A DNA stretch of 64,000 bases, taken from NCBI RefSeq assembly GCF_039654945.1, contig NW_027361863.1:13020001-13084000 (forward strand), given 5' to 3'. Of this stretch, positions 49,499 through 60,921 are shown piece by piece; the stretch's first letter is position 1; each line of letters opens with the position of its first letter. The DNA comes from Dendrobates tinctorius (taxonomy: Eukaryota). Below the pieces are notes generated by a model. The model did not search any database, was not told where the DNA came from, and worked only from the letters and a program-made list of their open reading frames with translations. The position numbers were made by a program, and so were the translations under genes.

Positions 49499-52066
49499 CG
49501 ACTCTGATGGCTCCAATTAGCATCCTTTCATTTGTAAATGTGGCCATTGTCTGAGGAATCTGCAGGGGGGAGTAGAGCTGAATTCATCCTCAAAACACTG
49601 TGTGAAACACAGGTCAAGAGACTTTGCATTTTGAGGGAACTGACAATTTGTATAAACCACACATTTTGTATTGAAGCTCACATGAAGTGTTTTGGGAGAG
49701 ATGTGACCTTTTGCTGCTGATCCGTGATGTTGTGCTGGTCATTTTGCCAAATGTACATATAGTTTGCAAAACATACAATCTGTTTCAATTTTTCAAGTTT
49801 TTCTAAAAGAATTTAGTTATGTTTTTCTTTTAAAAAAAGATGTGAAAGAAGGGGGTTAAAAATGACAGACAAAAAACAAAACAAATTAATTGTGTTGATC
49901 CACCTCAACAAAGGTCTTGTAAAAGAGCAAAAGAATGGAAGCTGCTCCTGAGTGTGTCTGCTCACCCCCCAGCTGCATTGTTGTGCAGGGGTTATGCATA
50001 AGTTTGCTAACACCTTAGCAAATTTGCATGCAGCCTTTTGTGCTGTAGGGGATAAATAGGTGACAGCTTCAACTATTATGTTCACAAGAAACAAAATGCA
50101 GAGAAGGCTCACCACTCAACTGGCATTGTAACTGATCCTGAGCAACACCAACCTTTGTGACTCTGATGGAGAAGACATAGTCCTTCAACCGGATTCGGAC
50201 TCTGAGCTGTCTTCAGGTTAGATTTTTCAAATTGCCTATTTTTATTTCCTGACTATCTTTTTTATTTAGAACCAAAACAAAATGTTAATTTGAAATTATT
50301 TATCTTGCAGATGAGGAGACTCCTCCTCTACCAAAAAAGAGAGCTCGGTTGGCGAGTGAGCCGACAGAGACTGCGAAAGATGGCACAGTGTGGAGTGAAG
50401 TTCAAGTGGGGAAACGTCTCCATTTCACCCCAATAGAACCGTACCCTACAGATGGAGAGCCAAGGGCTAAGGCCAGACGAAGTGTCCGGAGTCACCTTCA
50501 GAGCTTCCTCTGTTTTATCACTCTTGACATGCTTCGTAGAATTCAAGAATGGACTATTCAACATGCACGTCACACGGAGCAGGTGGATTGGTTCATGGGT
50601 CTCCCAGAACTAATGGCATTTATTTCAGTCATTATCTTGCGGGGGGTGACCAAGTTTCCATCACTGCGTGACAGCTGGTCAGAAAACCTGGCAAACCCAA
50701 GGATCATTGCAACTATCGCCCGAAACCGCTTCCAAGACATCATGCAACACCTACGCTTTGATGACATGTTCACACGCAGTGAGCGAGCGGAGACCGATAA
50801 GTTTGCTGCAATCTCCGATGTGTGGAGATCGTTTGTCACCAACTGCATCTCATCCTACAACCCTGGTGGACACATCACTATTGATGAACAGCTTTTTCCG
50901 TCAAAGACTTGCTGCTGTTTTCTGCAGTACATTGCAACAAAACCAGACAAGTTTGGCATCAAGTTTTGGGTGGCTTGCGACTTGAAATCAAAGTACATCT
51001 GTAATGTCCTCCCATATCTTGGCAAGGACCCCAGTCATCCCAGCGGGGAGAGATTTTCCGAAACTGTAGTGATGAGGCTGATGGAACCATTCATGGATAA
51101 GGGCAGAACTGTAACCACGGACAATTTCTTTACATCATTGTCACTTGTACAACGACTGCTTAGCCGGAAAACCACTATCCTTGGCACAGTCAACAAGAGT
51201 CGCCGGGAAATTCCTCAAACTGCTAGACAGATGGACCGCACTGAATTCACCACTCAGGTTTTTTCAACCACTGGTGCCAAACTGACAGTGTATGCACCCA
51301 AATGAAAGAAGGCCGTCTACATTCTCAACAGCATGCACTGCGTGGTTGAGACTGAGGATACCAATAAAAGGAAGCCAAACACGGTCACACAATACAACCA
51401 CACAAAGTGCGCTGTGGATGTAATGGACCAAATGGTGTGGGAGTACAGCGTGCGTGCAGGAACACGGAGATGGCCAGTCGCCGTGTTCTACAACATGATT
51501 GACATGGCAGCACTGAATGTGCATGTTCTTTATCAGGCATGCACTGAAGTGCAGGAGAGACGGGTGGACATCCTGGTTGAGCTTGCAAAAGAGTTAGGTG
51601 GCTCTCATGTGAGTGAAAAGAAGGCACGCAAGGAGAAACTCCTTCGGCAACAACCTTCCACACCCTGCCCTGGCAAAAGGGCGAAGTGTCAGGTCAACCA
51701 TCGATACATGAACAATTGTGCAACAGAGAGATGTGTTGACTGCTACAAATACACGTGTGGCAAATGTACCAGGGACATACCCAGGCAGTGCCAGGTATGT
51801 TCCGACAGTGCAGACAGACTGCTTGGTGAGTGCTGAAATGCTAGTCACACAAGAAGAACATGCCACTCACACACACACATGCAGCCCCCACTGCAGCCTA
51901 TTGTAAATATGTGTGGAATTGTTTTATTCCTTGTATTTTTTTATTATTTTTATATAAAAACTAAAAAGCTTGGAGACAAATAACAGTTGTTCTTTTGTAT
52001 ATTTTTCACACTGACATTTCAGTCCTCTTGACTTAGACACAAATGCTTCTGGCCATTACTCACAGC
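49423..52066 (+). mobile_element. piggyBac transposon, right end not found
   Basis: Putative left end after TTAA (49419-49422) with subterminal palindrome AGGGTCA-AA-TGACCCT; transposase downstream. Confidence 0.7.
50078..51836 (+). pseudogene. piggyBac transposase with one intron (50217-50310) and two nonsense codons
   Basis: TIDEQL, KPDKFGIKFW, TTDNFFTS, YNHTKCAVDVMD, RRWP, Cys-rich C-terminus; stops at 50129 and 51303, frame otherwise continuous. Confidence 0.92.
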
Positions 52067-54582
52067 TAGAGATGAGCGCCTTTGCCTTTTTTTGGGTCGA
52101 GTCGGGTTTCATGAAACCCGTCTTTCGCAAATGTCGGGTCGAACGAAATCGGCCGATTTTTGTGAAAAGTCGAAGGCCGACTGAAACACGAAACCCAATG
52201 TAAGTCAATGGGGAAGAAAAGTCGGCAGTGAGTGGAGGACAGGAAACACACCTACAGTGCCCATTTTAATGCCAAAATCATCAATTCTTATGACTTAAGC
52301 TTGTCTACCTTAATTTACTTTGTAATAATAGCTAGGCATTGAAAACTGGAGGTTATTTGGCTAAAGTTGTGGGGGGGGGGGGTAGTGCTGTCTTCAGATT
52401 TTCATGGGCCCAGGGCCAAAGAGTGTCACTGTGCTCCTTTAACACGTGACACAATTCATGATCCTTTGACACGGCAGCGAAATAGCAGTACAGTACAATG
52501 AAAAATACTTCAATTCTTACATCACATGACTGATATCCATTTTAAATTCTCCAATAGCTCCAAAAACAGACAGTATATTCCTCCATACAGTATTATGACC
52601 ACCGCATAGTGCGCCATACAGAGTAATGAGGCCCATATATTTCTCCATACAGAATCATTGGTCCCATATAATGTTCGATACAGTATATGATGAGCTCCAC
52701 ATAATGCTACAGTATATGTTGGTCCCCATGGATGAAGCTCCACTGTCTTATGGGCCCAAATAATGCTCCATATATAATGGGCCCCATTTCTAAAGCTCCA
52801 GTGTATAATGGGCCCTGTAAATGCAGCTCCAGTGACTGATGTCCACCTTTGGAATGCTCCAGTGTATGGTGGGCCCCATCTATCATTCTCCAGAGTATCG
52901 TGCTCCCCAAAAATTGCTCCCAACCTTTAAAGCAATTAAATAAGTCTCCTCGCTAGGGAATCCCTGTACTAGTCTGGACTCCTTGTCGTCCCCATCTTCC
53001 CTCTCTCTGCACTTGGACTGTTTAGGCAGAGGGCGTACAGACATGATGTCATCGCGCTCTTTGACCAGAATGTCACTGTCAGGAAACGCGGAAGACGTCA
53101 CGGCGGAGGAGCAAGGAGAGGTAAGTATTTCAACTTTGTAAGCGCTGCGATCCTTACCAAGCAGGGGGGGGCCCACTCGTTGGTGTCGGCACTGGCACAG
53201 GGCCCCTCATAGTACGGCGGTGTGTCTGACGGCGGGTGTCTGATGGCGGGTGGGGGTGGGGGGGTGTCTGACGGCGGGTGGGGGTGGGCCCTCCCACCGG
53301 CAGAGACACTTTTGCATACTATGAGGGGAACTGTGCCAGTGGCCATCGCCCATGAGTATGCCCCCCCACCTGCTCAGGGAACCTGCACTTTCATCTGCAC
53401 CTTCCTCTTTGTCACCGTGTAAGGTGGTATAGTATGTGGGAAGGGGAACCTGAGTTTCATCAGGGTCAGATTCAGGCCGTGTAGAGTGCGAGGGGAATGT
53501 AGTGGTCTGGGTCGATGTTCCAGCAGAATCATCTAGCATTGGCTGAGCATCTGTGCACTTTTGGCCCCCCAAGGAGTACGTTCGCCACAGTGGCATTACC
53601 TTCCTCCTAGGGAGTGTGATGTCATGCTTGTGAGCAACGAAGGATCTCTCTAGCAGGTAAACCGATTGGGCGGCGTTATTCCCACAAGTCATGACCCTCC
53701 AAGCAGCATCCATGAAGGCAAAGTGTTTGGTTTCTGGGGGCAGTATGGTTGCAAAGCTGAACCTTAAAGGAATGTCCAGAAGGGCACCACCAGGAGTGGA
53801 GCCTGTGGCTTAATTGGACTCAACACAGGCAACCTCAACCATCCAGCCACAGAAAAGATACACACATTGCAAGCTTAATTCCGTTAACGAACGAGACTCC
53901 GTCATGCCCCCGAGGTCCGCGTCTAGCTTACTAGAGGGACACGCGAGGCTCTGGCATGCGAGATCGGCTAATAACAGGTCTGTCATGCCCTTACATGTCC
54001 GTGGCTGCATGCGCGCTACACTGAAAGGACCAGCGTGTGTCGCTTACAGCTGCAGATAACCCGCTGAACACCGTTATTGATGGGGATCTGGGATTCCAAT
54101 TCTTCCCCGCACAAAAATAGAGCCTCCCCTGTCACTGCACACAAACTTTTTTGTTGCAAGTGGAAATCGCTAACAGCAGAAACAGTTTTTTTGGTTCTTC
54201 TTCCCTGCTTAACGCTCTCCCTTATTCTGAATCAGCAGCAGCAACCTCTCCCTAATGCTAAGATCGGCAGAAGTAAGATGGCGGTCAGCGTGCACGCCCT
54301 TTTATAACCCCTGTGACGCCACACAAAGCCAGCAAATCACTTGCATGCCCTTCTCAAAGATGGTGGTGACCGATGCCTATGTCATCGCGTTGCCCACAGT
54401 GTGCGTCCTCCATCATTGGCAGAAAAAGGGCACTGGAAGCATCATTTGAAATGCGACTTTGGCGCTCTGGTCGCCGACCTCGTGGCCGACCTCACGCTAT
54501 GGTCGGGTTTCGTTTCATGAAACCCGACTTCAGCGAAAGTTGCCGACTTTTAAATTTGACCGACAAGTTTCGCTCAACTCTA
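52067..54582. mobile_element. non-autonomous hAT-ended element with captured fragments
   Basis: TAGAGATGAGCG ... CGCTCAACTCTA; subterminal GTCGGGTTTC/GAAACCCGAC motifs at both ends; DPDETQ-containing hAT fragment on minus strand (~53380-53540); flanking 8-mers do not match. Confidence 0.8.
53669..54108 (+). pseudogene. degenerate 18S rRNA fragment
   Basis: GTATGGTTGCAAAGCTGAAAC, AAGGGCACCACCAGGAGTGGAGCCTG, AACGAACGAGAC, AATAACAGGTCTGT, GCGCGCTACACTGA are conserved eukaryotic SSU rRNA motifs in the correct order; many substitutions and an internal deletion. Confidence 0.93.
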
Positions 54583-54589
54583 TTCCTAA

Positions 54590-57192
54590 TGTATTGTGTT
54601 AACATCTGTGTTTGCATTGTTTTTACTGTATATGCCATGTAATTCTATTGTACTGTCTCATATTGATGTGTCGTATTTACTTTGTGCGGTCATATGTAAA
54701 TATGTTGTCTCTTTATGTTCTACTGTGTATCCTTTCATTGTGGGAAGTTCCCTTTTAAATTGTCTATGTTCTATATCTTTATTGCTGTGCTACATTAGCC
54801 ATGTTGTTGTAGAACTAGGGAAAGGAACTAGTTAATGTGGGCTGGACTTGCAGCCTCAAGAGAGCAGGGAGCTCCAGCTTCCTGTTAGAAGACCGGGCAC
54901 GTTCGCCCTGGGAAGATGTGTGGCTGCAGCTGGGGCATTGCCAGACTCCCAGGAGGGAGAGGATCTGCTGCTCCGGGACAAAGGACATAGCTGAGTATTG
55001 CCAGACTCCCAGGAGGGAGGAAATCTGCTGCCCCGGACTGAGGACTATAGGACCACAACATGGGCCCTAGAACTTCGGATGGGCTCCATTTGAATATAAG
55101 CATCCAGATTCCAGTGAGTGGACTGATTGCTTGATCTCGGCTACCATGGACGTTGTGGGTACGGCCCTGGATAGTGTCAGGGAAAGAGCAGGAAGCCATT
55201 GTTGTATCTTCTTTTCTACTACCTTTTCCTACTTCATTATTATTGCAAAAACATAAAATAAAGTTATCCATGTTGGATCACAGTCGTGACCCTGGATTTT
55301 GATTGTTGGACCACAGTGGTCGGGAAGAAAAAGTAACCCGTGGGAAGGAACTGTGTCAGTCCTGTCTATTTATGTACAAGGGGCCGCGGGTGATCGCTGA
55401 CCGTTTTATCAGTGGACGCTGTCTGTCTGTGGACTGTGTCTTTAAGTAACTCGGCCATAACTACCCCTCTGTGCCACGTTGTTACATTTGGCGTAGTGTG
55501 GCAGGATGGACCTGAACAGCCTTGCAACCCTCGGACTGTTTGAAATTGCAGCTGACCATGACTGTGGGCTTGAAATTTCTGATGTGCTGCCAGAACTAGA
55601 AGAAATGGAGCTGTCTGCTGACAGCGACTCTGAGACTCGTGACTTTGAATTTGGGACTTGTGTTGTGCTGCTCGCCATGACAGAATTCCAGATGACAGAT
55701 GTTGTGGACTCAGAAATGGTGCTGACCGCGGCCGTAAAGATGGCGGCCGTTGACGTGAAAAGTAAGACTGAAGCTGTTTGTTGTGGGCGTCAACGAAGCA
55801 GTTGGGCACCAAAAAGAAAAAAGCCACGTCCCTTTGTGAAGTATGCACGCCCTAAATGGGTGCGGGCGAAGAAGAAGCTGCTGCCCTTGCAGCCTGATCA
55901 GGAGAAACAGGTAGAGCAACAAGAAATGACCACACACGAATGGGTGGAACCCAGAGAAGATAGACTATCTGTTACTGGATGAGACGCCATTATCTGCTGA
56001 CATGGAGAGGAGCAGTATGTCTTACCGTGGCGGCATTGGCCTCCAGGATTGGAGGCGATCCAAGGCCCGGGCGGAGACGGGCCTGCGTTTCGAACTCTGG
56101 TTGTCCGAGGAACTGGAGGTGCAACCCTTGTTCCGGCGGCTGCACCCACCACCTGTGGAGGCTGAGGAATACAAAGATGATGAAGGATTAACGATGCCTC
56201 GATGAAAACCCGCAAGCGTGCAGAAGACTCTGGAGGCGGCCCTGTGAGGCATCATGGAAGTCACGATTGCTGACCCTGACGGCCAAGCTAGAGAATTGTC
56301 ACTGGGCATGGCAGTGAGTAAAGACCCCCCCACTTGGTTATCTCACCATCTCACCTTCAGCTCACCTGCTTCCTGTGGCCCCACTGTTTTTGCCGGAACC
56401 ATCCCACCAGTCCCCTCCGTTGTCATCCTCAGCAGAGATGGCTCCTGCGCTACCCCTGGTCATCCCCATTCCAGATAACACCCATGGCAGGGGTGTGGAG
56501 GAACCCCGTGCATCTATGGTTGCGGAGGACCAGTGGATCTCTGAAGTCATTTGGGTGAAGAGGCGGTGGGAGCGCCAGATCGTCCGAGAGCTGCAGCGCC
56601 CCAGCGGAGGAACCACAGCAGGCTGGATGACCCGCGGCCTCGTCAGGTGTCTAAACTGAAGCAAGGGCTATCGTTTCCTGCAGGAGCTGGAGACTGGGGC
56701 CATAGTTTATATTAATGCTGGGTCCCTCATGTTTCGTGGTCTTCTCCGAGAGGGGGACTACGTGGATTTCATTAAAGAGCAAAGACCCCGGGGGCCCTAC
56801 GCAGTAGTCATATAAATGGCCTCCAACTGGGAGACCAGCCCATCGCAAGGGACTCCAAGTGTAGAGCAGCCGGATGCCACGGATGCAGTTGCTCTGGCTG
56901 CACAAGAGAGCGGTGCCTCAGGGCAGTATGTTCTTTTCTACTATCTTTTCCTACTTCATTATTATTGCAAAAACATAAAATAAAGTTATCCCTGTTGGAT
57001 CACAGCGGTGACCCTGAATTTTGATTGTGGCTGGAAAGAAAAGGTAACCCGTGAGAAAGAGCTGTGTCAGTCCTGTCTATTTATGTGCAAGGGGCTGGAG
57101 GTCCTTGTTTACCGTTTTCTCAGTGGGCTCTGTCTGAGGACTGTGTCTTTAAGTAACCCGGCCATAAGTACCCCCCGTGCCACCTTGTTACA
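54590..57192 (+). mobile_element. non-autonomous or internally deleted LTR retroelement with tRNA-Ser PBS
   Basis: Direct repeats 55209-55486 and 56931-57192, both ending TTGTTACA; PBS TGGCGTAGTGTGGCAGGAT (55489-55507); ORF begins at 55506; left boundary approximate. Confidence 0.8.
56627..56815 (+). pseudogene. cold-shock-domain-like coding segment
   Basis: Read through TGA 56657: GLVRCLN*SKGYRFLQELETGAIVYINAGSLMFRGLLREGDYVDFIKEQRPRGPYAVVI. Confidence 0.7.
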
Positions 57193-58099
57193 TGAATATC
57201 ACAGGAAATGTCCTTCAGGCACTGAATAGTGTATGGATGAGAACTGTTACCTAGCCAATATTTTTAACGGTTTTTGTAGTGTTGGATAATATCACAGAAA
57301 GTTACCCCAGATCACGGTATAGTGTAAGGAGGAGATATGTAATCCAGCTAATTTTTTTATGCTTTTTGGAATTGTTAGATATTACAGAAATGTACCACAG
57401 AACACGGGAAACTTTATGGATGAGAAATATACACCTGCAACATTTTATAACTCTTTTTTTCAGTTTTATAGATCACTGGAAATGTGTCCTAGATCACTGA
57501 GCTCTTCCCTCTGATCTATTCAGCTTGCTGTACACTTCTTTGCTAACCCACATACAAGTACCTGTGTCATTTCTGATTGTCTCCACCCTGAGTTCCTTAT
57601 TGTCTCCACCCTGTTTGAACACCCTACTTAAACCTCGTGCTGCACTTTCTTCCTTGAGAAGGCTATCAGCCTTTAGTCAAGCTCCTTTTCACCTGCTCCT
57701 TCATTCCAAGATTATACTGCTTCTTCCATGTACCGATCCCTGCCTATTCCTGACTACACTACCTGCTGATCCTCCGCTACATTGCTGCTCCTGTGTATCA
57801 ACCCCTTTGCTATATCTGACTATGCTACCTGCTGGTGCTGCCCCTAGTGGTTGCAATGCCACTAATCCAACCCAGGTCGGTCCATAACAACCATGTAATA
57901 ATGTATGGGTAACAAATTTAAGCAAGAAAAATGTTTACATTTGAGATATATATATATATAAAAATAATCCAGAACACAGAATAGTGCATGTTTAAAAAAA
58001 TTAACCCAGGAAATTTTGTAATGATTTTTTTGAGTGCTATACAACACAAGTCACGTAATGCTTGATGTATCAAAATAGATTTAATTTTTTTACCCACTA

Positions 58100-58670
58100 A
58101 AAAAAAGGTGCAGCTATATTTTTGCCGACATACTGCACAGCCCTAATCCCTGTCTACAGACTGGATTCTGTCACTATCCCTGCTCCTGCGACTCACTCTC
58201 CCTCACCACTAGGCTAAGTGTACATTGTATGTGATACAAACAGCATAGCAAACGATTAGCCTTTAGAAGGACTGTGAGCATGATGGATCAGCTTCAGCAC
58301 CAGTATCAATACTACAGGCCCCTGATTCATTATACTGTGCACACACAGGACTGGACAAACACTTTCTTCCTCCAACACGAAGTGTCACAGAGCTGTGAAA
58401 TGGCATCAAAGTGCTGAGCCAGGTGGTACCTGTTCTTTTATAATCCCTGATGATGTAACACGGCCAGCCAATCACAGTAATGCCACAACCAAGATGGCTA
58501 CGGCATTACAGTGACGCGCAGGCAATCCCTGCATGCTTATTGGCTGTGTAACAGGGCGGGGATTTGAGTTTTACATGGATCACTGCCCATTACTCGCTAA
58601 GCAACAAGCTCATCCGAGCAGCATACTCAAGTGATAACTGAGTAACACCAAGCACATTCGCTCAAACCTA
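58100..58670. mobile_element. right end of a non-autonomous hAT related to the element at 62435
   Basis: Ends TTCGCTCAAACCTA; CAGCCAATCAC...ACAACCAAGATGGCT mirrors 62625-62660. Confidence 0.55.
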
Positions 58671-58804
58671 TTTCACATCTTTAGATCATTGTTGTCCTCT
58701 CTGTCTCTTCTGTAGCATATAAACTCTTATGGTCATCACGGTGGTGCATTATTGCCACTATCTCACAAACATTGACTCCATGGGCCATGAAGACATGTAC
58801 TATC

Positions 58805-59541
58805 CATGGCAGTTACAGTCATTCTTCAAGATGCCCCAAACAGTCCGAAAGAGGCTTCATCAGAGAAAATAACTTTACCCCTGTTCTCTGCAGTCAAATC
58901 CCTGTTCTTCCTGTAAAGTTTGGGACATCAGGAAAAATGATTGTTCGAAGAGGAAATGGTGAGAGCTGCCACAAGCCCTGTGCCATGCCAACAGTAAAGT
59001 ATGCTGAGACCATTTATTTGTGAGGGCTTTTCATCCATGGAGGGGGTTCACTCACAATTTTGCCTAAGAACCCTGTCATGAATAAAGAATGAGATCTAAA
59101 CCACCTCCAAGACTTCTCCTATCATCTAGGAGCAATCAAGTGATGGACAATGTTTTTCAAGCATGATGGAGACCGTGTCATAAGGTAAACATGATATGAT
59201 AACTAAATGGCTATGTGAACTAAAAATTTATTGTTTGGATCCATGAACAAGAAATTCCCCAGATCTCAATCCCATTGAAAACCTGTGGTCAGTCCTTAGA
59301 AAACAGATGGAGAAGCAAAACCCTAATTAGACATGTGAGCTGTCATATGAAAATAAGGTTCAGTGCGAAAAATATCGAGTCTTTGCTAAACTTGATGTTT
59401 TTGTCAATTAAAGTTTAAAAACGTATGAATTGCTGATATTTCAGTAACTAAAAACATCCGACTAAAAGATCTAAAAACCATGAAGCAGCAAACTGTGAAA
59501 GCAAAAATTTGTGTCTGTCACAAATCTTTTGACCCCGACTG
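58805..59541 (+). mobile_element. Tc1-like relic with an internal inversion
   Basis: NSPDLNPIENLW at ~59250-59290 on +; KVIFSDE on - at ~58855-58880. Confidence 0.7.
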
Positions 59542-59967
59542 AACTGTCTTATATGTAAAGCATGAAGGAAACAAACTCAAGTTCTCTCTCATCGATTAAA
59601 ATTTAGCCTTGAGTCTGACTTGCTTTGGTTTTCAGTATATACTGTACATATAATATTATTGCTATCAATGTTAAATATTGTATCAGTTATTTTGTATATT
59701 TTTAGAACTTGGTGTAAGTTATGTAAGTTTTATCATGAAATGTAATTGTTAAGACTTTATGATCATTAAAACCATCATGGTGTCTTGCTTGCTTTCAATC
59801 CCGGGAGTCATTGTACAATTAGTAGTAAAGTGAAATCTCTGGGGCATATTTCTATTACATAAATATTCCATATATTCCAGATTTTTTTCTCATTGTCATT
59901 AAGCTAATCAATACTTTAAGATACTTCTTGATGAAAGACAATTTCAATTTCTGTTCAGTGTTGTTAA

Positions 59968-60921
59968 ATGGACACAGTAAACTTTACCGTCACTGAGTTT
60001 GTTCTCCTCGGTTTCCATGAGCTTCCAGACTTCCAGTTGGTTTTCTTTTTCATATTTCTGGTCATTTATGCTGCAACATTGATTGGAAATTCATTAACAA
60101 TTGGTCTATTTTGCTTTGATCAGCATTTCCACACTCCCATGTATATACTCCTGTGTAACATGTCAGTATTGGATATGTCCTTCACCTCAATGATTCTACC
60201 AAAGTTATTGGACATCTTTCTAACTGGGAACAATGTCATCTCCTTCCATGGTTGTATCGCTCAGGTTTTCTTTTTTGTGGTGTTAATGGTGTCGGAATAC
60301 CTAATCTTGGCTGCCATGGCTTACGATCGTTACGTGGCCATCTGTCATCCCTTACGTTACTCTTATTTCATGAGCCTATCATTTTGCTTCGGGTTGGTAT
60401 GGACATCTTGGAGTATAGGAGTTTTTGATGGCATTCTTTACGCCTTTCTAATTTCATCCTGTACCTTTTGTAAGTCAAATGAAATAGACCATCTCTTCTG
60501 TGATATGAAACCTCTAATGATGCTGTCTTGTAGTGAGACCAAAACTATAGAGATGGCAATACTTGGCCCGAGTGCCATCATTGGCTTTGTTTCCTCGATA
60601 ATGACCTTGGTGTCCTACATCTATATCATCTCTACAATCTTGAAGATTAACTCTAAAGAAGGAAGACACAAAACCTTCTCCACCTGCTCCTCACACCTCA
60701 CAGTCATCCTCTTGTTTTACGGAACGGTCCTCAGCATGTACATGAGACCAAAGTCCAGCTATTCCATGGACCAGGACAAAGTGTTTGCCATATTGTATGC
60801 CGGAGTCATTCCAATGCTCAACCCTCTCATTTACAGCTTGAAAAATAAGGAGGTGAAAAAAGCTCTTTGCAGAATAAAGAAACACCTGCTTAGATATCCA
60901 GAATCCATAAGCTTTTTATGA
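59968..60921 (+). CDS. olfactory receptor, class II-type, intact 317 aa, paralogue of 16088 and 31878
   Basis: HTPMY, MAYDRYVAICHPL, KTFSTCSSHL, PMLNPLIYSL; NFT sequon. Confidence 0.97.
   Translation: MDTVNFTVTEFVLLGFHELPDFQLVFFFIFLVIYAATLIGNSLTIGLFCFDQHFHTPMYILLCNMSVLDMSFTSMILPKLLDIFLTGNNVISFHGCIAQVFFFVVLMVSEYLILAAMAYDRYVAICHPLRYSYFMSLSFCFGLVWTSWSIGVFDGILYAFLISSCTFCKSNEIDHLFCDMKPLMMLSCSETKTIEMAILGPSAIIGFVSSIMTLVSYIYIISTILKINSKEGRHKTFSTCSSHLTVILLFYGTVLSMYMRPKSSYSMDQDKVFAILYAGVIPMLNPLIYSLKNKEVKKALCRIKKHLLRYPESISFL

Noticed and set aside
53669-54108. Functional rRNA gene or contaminant contig
   Set aside because: Partial, mutated at conserved positions, internally deleted and embedded in host-type repeats
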